From assembly GCA_040754655.1 (NCBI GenBank), contig JBFMCE010000040.1, positions 1 through 36,215 on the forward strand: 36,215 bases of DNA, in the 5' to 3' direction. This stretch comes from Bdellovibrionota bacterium (lineage in GTDB: Bacteria > Bdellovibrionota > UBA1018 > UBA923). Within the stretch, counting starts at the first letter, position 1, and each line of letters begins with the position of its first letter. Positions 16,476 to 25,408 of this stretch are shown here, piece after piece. A program made the position numbers and the translations under genes. Below the pieces are notes generated by a model. The model searched no databases. It was not told the origin of the DNA and was given only the letters and a program-made list of their open reading frames with translations.

Positions 16476-18571
16476 ACCCAAAAAGAATCAAAGCGCTGCA
16501 ACTTGCCTTCATCGTCTTCGCATCGTTGATCGTCGGCCGGGCTATTCAGCTTCAAGTCGGGGCGGACTCGCGCTTAGAGCGGCTGGCAAAAAGGCAATTC
16601 GGGTCAAAAATCACCGCGCTTCCCCGTAGAGGCTTGATCTTCGACCGCAATGGCGAAGGCCTAGCGATCAGCCTGAAGGTGCGCTCGCTTTTCTTCCGCC
16701 CCGAAATTCTAAAAAAAGAAGTGAGCGCCTCAGAACGCACTCGCATACTTTTCAATCTCAACCGAATACTGAAAATGCCTCTTAACGAGCTCAGGTCCAA
16801 GATGAACTCGGAACGAGGCTTTGTTTGGGTGAAGCGCCAGCTCACGGAAAATGAAGAACAGTCGATACGGCGATTGGGATTGATCGAATACGGCGACAGC
16901 ATCGGGCTAGCCGAGGAAACAAAAAGATTTTACCCCAATAAAGACCTGGCGGCTCACGTGCTTGGAACGGTGAATGTCGATGGAAACGGGCTTGAAGGCC
17001 TGGAGTTCCTTTATGAAGGCATCCTCAACGGCGATGAAGCCAGGATCACTTCGAACAAAGACGCGATGGGGCGCCGCATTTTCAAAGACGACCGCGGCCT
17101 CTTGGCTTTTCGCGATGGCCAGTCGCTCGTGCTCACCCTTGATAAAGCCTTGCAATACGAAGCCGAAAAAGGCTTGAAGCAAGCCATCGACGACTATCAA
17201 GCAAAATCGGGCAGTGTGATCGTCGCCGAAGTTGAAACTGGAGAGATCTTGGCTCTTGCGAACACTCCCACCTACAACCCCAATAACGCCAAGAGTGCTT
17301 CGCTTGAGAGCCGCAGAAACCGCGCGATCACCGATGCCTATGAACCAGGCAGCACCTTCAAACCTTTCATGGTCGCAATGGCGCTTGAAAAAGGGCGCAC
17401 TCCGAAGACTCAAATCTATTGCGAACGAGGAAGCTTCAAGGTGGGCGACCGGATCATCTCTGAGGCGGAGGCGCACGAAAAATTTGAATGGCTCTCGCTA
17501 GGGCAGATCTTGAAATTCTCGAGCAACATCGGAGCCGCCAAGATCGCGCTCGACCTGGGCCCGGCGCCGGTAACTCAATTGATGGATCGCCTCGGAGTCG
17601 GAAAGAAGACCGAGATCGATTTGCCTGGTGAAGCCTCTGGTTTCATCGACCACAAAGAGCTGCGCTCGCCCGTACGCCTTGCCAACGTCGGTTTTGGCCA
17701 CGGGTTCACGGTGACGCCGCTGCAAATGCTGACCTATTACTTGGCTCTCGCAAATGGCGGTCATTGGATTCAACCAAAACTCGTGAAAGCCATTCTCTCT
17801 GAAGATCCTGACTCGCTTGAACGGGGAGCCATTCGATGGAAATTGGGTCACCGCTTCGACAACCCAAAGAACAAAAAAATCTTTTCGCCCAAGATCGCCT
17901 CGCAAATAACCACGATGCTTGAAACCGTGGTTGAAGAAGAAGGCACCGGCATCAAAGCTCAGCTAGCCGAGTGGCCGGTCGCCGGCAAAACAGGAACTGC
18001 TCAGAAGATCGACCAGCAGACCTTCAGGTACTCAAAAAGCAAATACATCGTTTCATTCGCGGGATTCGCCCCTGCGAAGAATCCGAAACTGGTGGCCTTG
18101 GTCGTTCTTGATGAGCCGCAAAAGAAACTCTATGCCTCAGACACGGCGGCTCCGACGTTTCGCGAGATCATGAGGGCAGGTCTTTTGCGGGAACGAGTTC
18201 CTCCTACAGACAGCAAGGTTCGTCTCTTACAACTGGCCAATAAGACCTCGATTGACGGGTTGAAAGCCTCTGCATTCTCGGCTACTCAGAAAACGAAACC
18301 TGCGGACTTCCGGTCTTTGGAAAAACCATCCAAAACACCAAAGGGCATCGAACAGGCGACCTCCCTTGAACTTGAGGTTGATGAAAAACAATCTCGGGTT
18401 CGGCTTCCCGATCTCACGGGCCTTACGTTAAGAGAGAGTCTGAAAGTGATCGGGTCGCAACCGCTTGAGATCGAAGTCGTGGGATCAGGATTTCTGCGTG
18501 AACAAAATCCCGCGGCGAACCAGTGGTTGAAAGCGGGTTCGAAAATCAAACTTGTTTTTGGTAATAAATGA
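16472..18571 (+). CDS. ftsI: FtsI/PBP3 class B PBP with C-terminal PASTA domain
   Basis: RGLIFDRNG, RFYP, GLEGLE, EPGSTFK, SSN and KTGTAQK motifs; LPDLTGLTLRE PASTA. Confidence 0.95.
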   Translation: MNPKRIKALQLAFIVFASLIVGRAIQLQVGADSRLERLAKRQFGSKITALPRRGLIFDRNGEGLAISLKVRSLFFRPEILKKEVSASERTRILFNLNRILKMPLNELRSKMNSERGFVWVKRQLTENEEQSIRRLGLIEYGDSIGLAEETKRFYPNKDLAAHVLGTVNVDGNGLEGLEFLYEGILNGDEARITSNKDAMGRRIFKDDRGLLAFRDGQSLVLTLDKALQYEAEKGLKQAIDDYQAKSGSVIVAEVETGEILALANTPTYNPNNAKSASLESRRNRAITDAYEPGSTFKPFMVAMALEKGRTPKTQIYCERGSFKVGDRIISEAEAHEKFEWLSLGQILKFSSNIGAAKIALDLGPAPVTQLMDRLGVGKKTEIDLPGEASGFIDHKELRSPVRLANVGFGHGFTVTPLQMLTYYLALANGGHWIQPKLVKAILSEDPDSLERGAIRWKLGHRFDNPKNKKIFSPKIASQITTMLETVVEEEGTGIKAQLAEWPVAGKTGTAQKIDQQTFRYSKSKYIVSFAGFAPAKNPKLVALVVLDEPQKKLYASDTAAPTFREIMRAGLLRERVPPTDSKVRLLQLANKTSIDGLKASAFSATQKTKPADFRSLEKPSKTPKGIEQATSLELEVDEKQSRVRLPDLTGLTLRESLKVIGSQPLEIEVVGSGFLREQNPAANQWLKAGSKIKLVFGNK

Positions 18572-20058
18572 AACTCGTAGATCTTTTTCCGCAAGCGGCT
18601 CCGCAATTAAAAGAGTTTGATGTCTTGCAGCTCACCTTTGACAGCCGTCAGGTGTCGCAAGGGTCGCTCTTTTTCGCATTGGATGGGATCAACTACGACG
18701 GGCATGATTTCGTCGAGCAGCTTCTTGAGAAACACAAACCAACGGGCCAAACACCCGCATTCATCGTTTTTGTTGAAAACAAAAGCCCTAAAACAAAAAG
18801 TTTTTTAAACCATCCTGCAGTCGTCGCTGTCGACGACACATTTCGCGCGCTTGGTGAGATCGCCTCTCGGTTTTACGGAAATCCGTCAAAACACCTGCTC
18901 ATCTGCGGGGTCACAGGCACCAATGGAAAAACGACTTCCACTTACCTACTAGAATCCCTTCTTGAAAGCTGGAGCATGCGGCCGGCCGTGATTGGCACGG
19001 TTGAAAACCGCTTCGGCAAGCTCAAGGTGCCCGCGCTTTACACGACCCCTGACGCCATTTCTTTGCAGGCGCTCTTCCACAGCTTCCTAAAAAAAGGAGC
19101 AACTGCTGTCGTGATGGAGGTTTCTTCTCACGGCCTTGTGCAGCAGCGAATCGCCGGAACTCGGTTTGAAGCAGCGCTCTTCACGAACTTGACCCAAGAC
19201 CATCTCGACTTTCATGGCACGATGGAGAACTACTTCGCAGCCAAAACAAAGCTCTTCCTCGACTATCCACTGAAGGTGAGAGCGATTCATCAAGACGATC
19301 CCTACGGACAGCGCCTTGTTTCGATGTGCCTGCAAAGAGGTTTTGAGGTCGTCACCTTTGGCCGCTCGGGCTGCAATGTGAACTACCAGAATCTCAAAAT
19401 GTCTTCTTCTGGCATCGAAGGTGACCTGAGAATCCATTGGAAGGGCCAAAACCATGCCTTGCGCATCCGCTCTCCGCTGCTTGGAAGTTTCAATGCGCAA
19501 AACATCGCTGGCGCCGCCGCGGTTGCGATTGGCTTGAACATGCCTCTGCCTAAGATCAGTGAGGGCCTCTCGAAATCAAGGCAAGTGCCGGGCCGGCTAG
19601 AGAGCGTGCCCAACAACCGCGGGGTAACCGTCGTTGTGGATTACGCGCACACGCCCGATGCGCTTGAAAATGCGCTAAAGACGCTCAGGCGCATCGCTCA
19701 AAAACGCCTTGTTTGTGTTTTTGGATGCGGAGGTGACCGCGACGCCACGAAGCGCCCTCTTATGGGAGCAATTGCCGAAGCGAATGCCGATGAAATCTAC
19801 ATCACCTCAGACAACCCTCGCACTGAAAATGCAGCCAAGATCATAGATGCCATCGTTCAAGGCTTGAAACGCCCTGAAAAGGCCCACCGCGTTGAAGACC
19901 GCAAGAGCGCCATAGCCCAAGCGATTCAGTCATTAGCTCAAGGGGATCTGCTTCTCATCGCAGGCAAGGGCCATGAAGATTACCAGATCATTGGCACCAT
20001 GAAACTTCCATTTGACGACAGAGTGGTTGCCTTGGAACACTTACAAGATGGAAACTAA
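18568..20058 (+). CDS. murE: UDP-MurNAc-dipeptide meso-DAP ligase
   Basis: GVTGTNGKTT, MEVSSH, TNLTQDHLDFH, DYAHTPDA and DNPR (DAP-specific) motifs. Confidence 0.95.
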   Translation: MKLVDLFPQAAPQLKEFDVLQLTFDSRQVSQGSLFFALDGINYDGHDFVEQLLEKHKPTGQTPAFIVFVENKSPKTKSFLNHPAVVAVDDTFRALGEIASRFYGNPSKHLLICGVTGTNGKTTSTYLLESLLESWSMRPAVIGTVENRFGKLKVPALYTTPDAISLQALFHSFLKKGATAVVMEVSSHGLVQQRIAGTRFEAALFTNLTQDHLDFHGTMENYFAAKTKLFLDYPLKVRAIHQDDPYGQRLVSMCLQRGFEVVTFGRSGCNVNYQNLKMSSSGIEGDLRIHWKGQNHALRIRSPLLGSFNAQNIAGAAAVAIGLNMPLPKISEGLSKSRQVPGRLESVPNNRGVTVVVDYAHTPDALENALKTLRRIAQKRLVCVFGCGGDRDATKRPLMGAIAEANADEIYITSDNPRTENAAKIIDAIVQGLKRPEKAHRVEDRKSAIAQAIQSLAQGDLLLIAGKGHEDYQIIGTMKLPFDDRVVALEHLQDGN

Positions 20059-21550
20059 GCTCGAATTGAACCTCCACGAAGTTCTAACCGCCGTACCCGG
20101 CAAGCTCTTCCATGCGGAAGTTCCGCTTCTCAACCCAGGCGACATCACCTTTGATGACGTCATCTACGATTCCCGCAAGAACAGCCGGAACAGCATCTTT
20201 CTCGCGATCGCCGGTGAACGGGTGGATGGACACGACTTCGCCGCGCAAGCAGTGCAGTCGGGCGCGACGCTGATCATCGGAGACAACCTCGAAAAACTCA
20301 CGAAGGCTTCGGCAAGTTTTCCGAAGACGTTGTTCCTGGCGACGCAAAGCTCATTAGAGTCTCTTCAAAAATTAGCGACCTTTTACAGGCGCAAGTTCTC
20401 GATCCCGGTCGTGGGTCTTACCGGCTCATCCGGAAAAACCACGACCAAAGACCTCGCGGCCTCGATTTTGAAAGTCAGCGGCCTTTGTTTGATCACTGAA
20501 GGCACTCTCAACAACCATTGGGGAGTGCCACAGATGGTCTTGCGCTTAAGACGCGACCACAGAGTCGCGGTTTTTGAGATGGGTACGAGCGGTTTCGGCG
20601 AAATCGCCTCGCTTTCGGCGATCTGCCAACCCGACGCGGGTTACATCACGACCATTGGCGCAAGCCACCTCGAGGGATTGGGAAATGAAGAAGGCGTACT
20701 CAAGGCGAAACGAGAGCTCTTTGACTGGATCGTAAAACACGGCAACGAACGAGCGCTCATTTTCAACCTCGACAATCCTCATCTTGAGAAGCTGCACCAA
20801 GACTTCCTGGCCCTCAAACAAAAGAACTTGAAGCTCATCACGCTCACTCAGAAGAAAAAATACGCCGACGTTCGCCTGACCTCGAAGAAAGCCTTGGGCC
20901 TTGAAGACCGCTATGGCTGGGAATATGAGTTCGAAACTCCTTGGGGCGCGATACGCGGGCGTCTTCCGTTGCCGGGTCCGCATAACCTTGCCAACGCAAT
21001 GGCTGCGGCGACTCTCTCTCTTGCGACGGGCGCGGCGACGGTTCAAGACGTCGTGCAAGGATTGGAAAACGCTCAAATCAGCAAACTCCGCTCAAACCTT
21101 TTCCGAACGCACACGGGAGCCGTGGTTTACGACGATTCTTACAACGCGAACCCCACAAGCGTGACCGCGCTTTTCGAGGCGGCGCGTGGCATTCGCACCA
21201 GCAGTGGCGAAGGCTTGTCAAAAACTGTGGCGGTGGTCGGCGACATGCTTGAACTCGGACCTGATTCGGCTGAATATCACAAAGAGATGGGACGCAAAGC
21301 CGCTCAAGACGGCATCGATGTCTTGTTCGCTACCGGAAGTTTTGCCCACGCTTGGGTTGACGGGTATCGCGAAGCCAAAGGCAGCTCGCTGCATGGGGCG
21401 GCGCTTGAGTTCAAGTCGCATGACGATCTCATGCGGGCATTGAATGATGAAATCCAATCTAAGCCGCGAGAAACGCTGGTGCTGATCAAAGGCTCACGCG
21501 GCGCCAAGATGGATCAGATCGCCGACAAACTCTCAAAAGGGAACGGCTGA
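20048..21550 (+). CDS. murF: UDP-MurNAc-tripeptide D-Ala-D-Ala ligase
   Basis: TGSSGKTTTKD, NNHWGVP, DDSYNANP, GDMLELG and KGSRG motifs; start at 20048 overlaps the murE end. Confidence 0.95.
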   Translation: METKLELNLHEVLTAVPGKLFHAEVPLLNPGDITFDDVIYDSRKNSRNSIFLAIAGERVDGHDFAAQAVQSGATLIIGDNLEKLTKASASFPKTLFLATQSSLESLQKLATFYRRKFSIPVVGLTGSSGKTTTKDLAASILKVSGLCLITEGTLNNHWGVPQMVLRLRRDHRVAVFEMGTSGFGEIASLSAICQPDAGYITTIGASHLEGLGNEEGVLKAKRELFDWIVKHGNERALIFNLDNPHLEKLHQDFLALKQKNLKLITLTQKKKYADVRLTSKKALGLEDRYGWEYEFETPWGAIRGRLPLPGPHNLANAMAAATLSLATGAATVQDVVQGLENAQISKLRSNLFRTHTGAVVYDDSYNANPTSVTALFEAARGIRTSSGEGLSKTVAVVGDMLELGPDSAEYHKEMGRKAAQDGIDVLFATGSFAHAWVDGYREAKGSSLHGAALEFKSHDDLMRALNDEIQSKPRETLVLIKGSRGAKMDQIADKLSKGNG

Positions 21551-21597
21551 ATAAAGGGCACGTGCTGTAAAACCAAAATCAGATGAGCTGGTTGCGC

Positions 21598-22698
21598 TCA
21601 GTTTTGGGCTTTCTTCTGAGCCTCGACCGTTTCACCGATGTATTTGCTGATTTCAACAACTGAAGCATCGTGTTGGAGAGGCAAAATACCGTCGTCTTTA
21701 AGCTCTTCGAAGTGGTCGGTCAAAAGAATCGTCTTGAGTTTGCCTTGTTTTAAAATCTCAGTTTGGGTCAAGAGCTTTGACATCACCGACCTACGCGCGG
21801 CAAGTGTAGCAAGTTGCGGGCTTTCGCCATCGAACGCAACTTCTAAGCCGCCCGAGTAGATTTTAAATTGTTCAATCTGTCGATCAAGCGCAGCTCTGGA
21901 CTGCCTGCGTTTTTTAGCCACCTCGGAATCGACATACTCCTGTTTGTGAAGAAATTCCAATTGCCACTGTTCTGACCAAAAATGGGGTAGTTTCACCACG
22001 CCAAAGTCATTAGTATCCTTCGCAGAAACAAAGGAACTAGAATGGATAAATACGATCTCCTCAAAATCCTTTTTTGAGAAAGATTCCCTGCTCATGATCA
22101 AACGGCGCAGACTTGCAATGTAATTCCTCGCAAACTCGGCCAACTCAACCGGATACACGGACTGATCGTAAGAAACCTTGTAACCTGTTTTGCCCTCAAA
22201 TTCCTTCTCAACGTTACGAAGCTCTAAAACCTTCTCATTACCAGGCTGCTTTGAGAGGTGTTCAAAAAGCTCTTTTTCATGCTTTTCGCCGTCTTCAATC
22301 TGAATCTTGACGTAGAGATCGCCAGAAACGAGAGTATTCGTGTAACGGTCGCTCAACTGAACCTGCCCAAATGCTTTGTCTTTAATTTCGTCTTTTTTAG
22401 AAATCGCCAGCAATCGATCTATAGTCGCTTCAACTGCAGGAATTCTTTCAAGCGCGTCAGTCGGAACGACAATGTCGTAGCCTGTGGCCGTGTGAAAGGC
22501 GTCGATCTTCTCAAGGAGTCCGGCCGAGAGTTCAGTTTGAGCCGCTTCCGAGGCTGCATTTTCAACCGAGGCTTGTTTGTCAGAAGAACCACCTGATTTG
22601 GGTTGGTCTTTTTGCCTTTCAGCGCAGGCGACAACCGCCGTTACAATAGCCAGGGCCAAGAGTTTCTGGAAAATCAGGGAGATAAGGTTTTTCTTCAC
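21598..22698 (-). CDS. Orphan lipoprotein with three degenerate ~100-aa internal repeats, antisense within dcw
   Basis: AGGAGG SD, GTG start, signal peptide with VVAC lipobox. Confidence 0.8.
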   Translation of the reverse strand: MKKNLISLIFQKLLALAIVTAVVACAERQKDQPKSGGSSDKQASVENAASEAAQTELSAGLLEKIDAFHTATGYDIVVPTDALERIPAVEATIDRLLAISKKDEIKDKAFGQVQLSDRYTNTLVSGDLYVKIQIEDGEKHEKELFEHLSKQPGNEKVLELRNVEKEFEGKTGYKVSYDQSVYPVELAEFARNYIASLRRLIMSRESFSKKDFEEIVFIHSSSFVSAKDTNDFGVVKLPHFWSEQWQLEFLHKQEYVDSEVAKKRRQSRAALDRQIEQFKIYSGGLEVAFDGESPQLATLAARRSVMSKLLTQTEILKQGKLKTILLTDHFEELKDDGILPLQHDASVVEISKYIGETVEAQKKAQN

Positions 22699-22732
22699 AC
22701 GCGCCTCCTAAAAAACTACAAAAGATAGCTTC

Positions 22733-22748
22733 AGCAATACGAGTGCCA
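22733..22748 (-). promoter_or_regulatory. Sigma-54 promoter of the lipoprotein gene
   Basis: Minus strand reads TGGCACTCGTATTGCT, a near-perfect consensus. Confidence 0.85.
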
Positions 22749-22819
22749 ATTTGTATCGCGGGGCCCTAAGCGTGCTTTCGGGCTGAAAACGTCACTTTTC
22801 TGATAAGAAAATGAAGGGA

Positions 22820-22836
22820 TGTCAAAATCTTCGACA
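22820..22836. promoter_or_regulatory. Putative enhancer-binding-protein upstream activating sequence
   Basis: Dyad TGTC-N9-GACA about 70-90 bp upstream of the -24 element. Confidence 0.45.
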
Positions 22837-22845
22837 GAAAACCCA

Positions 22846-22875
22846 TTGACACGAGTGAAGTGAATTCTCTAGCAT
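22846..22875 (+). promoter_or_regulatory. Sigma-70 promoter of mraY-murD
   Basis: TTGACA-N18-TAGCAT, 9 bp before the ATG. Confidence 0.6.
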
Positions 22876-22884
22876 ACCATTTCG

Positions 22885-23967
22885 ATGCTCTATTGGTTAC
22901 TTTTCCCATTATCGAAACACTTCAGCGCTCTAAACGTTTTTAAGTACATTACGTTTCGAACCTTCGGCGCCGCGATCACTGGCATTGTCTTGAGCATGAT
23001 CGCAGGTCCTTGGTTCATTCGTTATATGCAGAAAAAGCAGATCGGCCAAAGCATTCGAGACGATGGCCCTCAAAGCCATCTTTCGAAGAAGGGCACACCC
23101 ACGATGGGCGGAGGCTTGATTCTGTTCTGCATTGCCACCTCGACCCTGCTCTGGGCGGATCTTTCGAATCGTTATATTTGGATAGTGCTTTTCGTCACCC
23201 TGGCGACCGGCATTGTCGGCTGGCTCGACGATTACAAAAAAGTCATTTTAAAGAACTCAAAGGGAATCTCGGGCAAGCAAAAGCTTTTCTGGCAGAGCTT
23301 GATCGCTTTGGCGGCCTCTGGATTTATCTATTACACGGCGACTGATCCTGTGGTGACCAGCCTCAAATTTCCATTCTTCAAAGACTTGGTCTTGAACTTG
23401 GGTCTGCTGTACGTGCCTTTTGCAATCTTGGTGATCGTAGGCGCTTCCAATGCAGTGAACCTCACCGATGGGCTTGATGGCCTTGCTATTGGCCCTGTCA
23501 TCATCACGGCCGTGACCTATACCGTTTTAAGTTACCTCGCGGGGCATGCTAAGATTGCGGAATACTTACAAATTCCCCATATCGCTGGCAGCAGCGAACT
23601 TGCCGTTTTCTGCGGAGCCATGGCAGCCGCGGGCTTAGGTTTTCTTTGGTACAACACTTATCCGGCCCAAGTTTTCATGGGAGATGTCGGCTCTTTGCCG
23701 CTTGGGGCGGCCATTGGCTCGATCGCGATCATTACAAAAAATGAAATACTTCTGATGCTTGTTGGAGGCATTTTTGTGATAGAAGCTCTCTCGGTCATGG
23801 CCCAAGTCTTGTCGTTTAAGACCACCGGCAAGCGAGTCTTTAAAATGGCTCCAATCCATCACCATTTTGAGCTAAAAGGCTGGGCGGAACCAAAAGTAAT
23901 AGTTCGATTTTGGATAATATCTATCTTGTTCGCCATTATGGCGCTATCGACTTTGAAGTTGCGGTAG
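22885..23967 (+). CDS. mraY: Phospho-N-acetylmuramoyl-pentapeptide transferase
   Basis: [31 protein letters not shown] and MAPIHHHFE motifs. Confidence 0.97.
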   Translation: MLYWLLFPLSKHFSALNVFKYITFRTFGAAITGIVLSMIAGPWFIRYMQKKQIGQSIRDDGPQSHLSKKGTPTMGGGLILFCIATSTLLWADLSNRYIWIVLFVTLATGIVGWLDDYKKVILKNSKGISGKQKLFWQSLIALAASGFIYYTATDPVVTSLKFPFFKDLVLNLGLLYVPFAILVIVGASNAVNLTDGLDGLAIGPVIITAVTYTVLSYLAGHAKIAEYLQIPHIAGSSELAVFCGAMAAAGLGFLWYNTYPAQVFMGDVGSLPLGAAIGSIAIITKNEILLMLVGGIFVIEALSVMAQVLSFKTTGKRVFKMAPIHHHFELKGWAEPKVIVRFWIISILFAIMALSTLKLR

Positions 23968-23991
23968 ATTGTTTGAGGAGGTCGTTTTTCG

Positions 23992-25365
23992 ATGTTGAAA
24001 CTTAAGGGAAAGAAAGTAACGGTCGTAGGTCTTGGTAAATCTGGGGTGTCTGCGGCACGCTTTCTTACGAACCAGGGAGCTAAGGTTACCATTTCAGATT
24101 CGAAGCCAAAATCTGAACTCATTGATTCCATTAAAACGCTTGGAGAACTCAAAGTCGAACTGGATCTCGGAAAACACACCTCCAAGGTTTTCACTTCTGC
24201 CGACCTGATCGTGCTAAGCCCTGGCGTTCCTTCAAACATAGAACCTTTGGTCGAAGCGAAGAATGCAGGTGTTCCGATCACCAATGACATTGAGATTGCG
24301 ACGTCTTTCATCAAGTCACCCATCATCGCTGTCACCGGCACCAACGGAAAAACCACAACGACTGCGTTGATCGGCGATATGCTGAAGAACGACGGCAAGA
24401 AGGTTTTCGTCGGCGGAAACATCGGGATACCCGTGCTTGATCTGTTCCTGGAAGAAACCCAACCTGACGTGGTCGTGCTCGAAGTATCTAGCTTTCAACT
24501 CGAAACCGTTGAAACGTTCAAACCTGCTGTTTGCGTTTTCACGAACCTTGAGCCGGACCACCTTGACCGCTATCCCAACGGCGTTGAAACTTATTACGAA
24601 GCAAAACGCCGAATGCTTCGCAACGCTGACAAAAACACTGTTTTGGTCACCAACATCGATAATGAGCTGACTGCGCGCCTTGCCGAGACTTTTCCAGGAA
24701 AAGTCTTGCGTTTCACCAAACGCAATCCCATGACGATCAGCGGTTTGCTTGCCGAGCAATTTCAAGGCGCTTACCTTCAACGCCCTAAAATGGTTTTAAA
24801 GATGGGCAAAGAAGAAGTCGTTGACCTCTTGACCTGCAAACTTCCTGGCGACCACAACCGTGAGAACATCATGGCAGCAGCCACCGCTGCGGTAGCCATG
24901 GGATGCAGCAGAGCTGCGATACAAAAAACGGTGGAGTGCTTCAAAGGCGTCTCTCACCGGCTTGAATACATCCGCCGCAAAGATGGCGTTTCGATTTACA
25001 ACGACTCAAAAGCCACAAACGTGGGCAGCGTCATTCGTTCATTGAATTCATTTAACGCTCCGATCATTTTGATCGCAGGCGGCCGTGATAAAGACCAGGA
25101 CTTCGGCCCATTGACTGACCTTGTGAAGAAGAAAGTGAAGAACTTGATCCTGGTCGGCGAGGCCAAAGAGAAGATCAACCGCATCATCGGTGACTTCAGC
25201 GAAACATTCTTGGTAGGGACGTTTGAAGAAGCCGTTCTTTTGGCTTACCAAAAATCACGCAATGGCGACATCGTACTGCTCTCGCCCGCATGTGCAAGCT
25301 TTGACATGTTCAAGAGCTTTGAAGAACGCGGCGATTATTTCAAGAAACTCGTATCGCAACTTTAA
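23992..25365 (+). CDS. murD: UDP-MurNAc-L-Ala D-glutamate ligase
   Basis: GLGKSG, SPGV, TGTNGKTT, EVSSFQL, NDSKATN and SPACASFD motifs; GAGGAGG SD. Confidence 0.97.
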   Translation: MLKLKGKKVTVVGLGKSGVSAARFLTNQGAKVTISDSKPKSELIDSIKTLGELKVELDLGKHTSKVFTSADLIVLSPGVPSNIEPLVEAKNAGVPITNDIEIATSFIKSPIIAVTGTNGKTTTTALIGDMLKNDGKKVFVGGNIGIPVLDLFLEETQPDVVVLEVSSFQLETVETFKPAVCVFTNLEPDHLDRYPNGVETYYEAKRRMLRNADKNTVLVTNIDNELTARLAETFPGKVLRFTKRNPMTISGLLAEQFQGAYLQRPKMVLKMGKEEVVDLLTCKLPGDHNRENIMAAATAAVAMGCSRAAIQKTVECFKGVSHRLEYIRRKDGVSIYNDSKATNVGSVIRSLNSFNAPIILIAGGRDKDQDFGPLTDLVKKKVKNLILVGEAKEKINRIIGDFSETFLVGTFEEAVLLAYQKSRNGDIVLLSPACASFDMFKSFEERGDYFKKLVSQL

Positions 25366-25368
25366 AGA

Positions 25369-25389
25369 TTCGGCAGACGACCTGCCGAA
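25369..25389. terminator. Hairpin between convergent murD and cytochrome genes, probable terminator
   Basis: TTCGGCAG-acgac-CTGCCGAA, 8-bp stem; only a weak T-tract on the minus strand. Confidence 0.5.
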
Positions 25390-25408
25390 GTGGCAACGCG
25401 ACGAGCCC

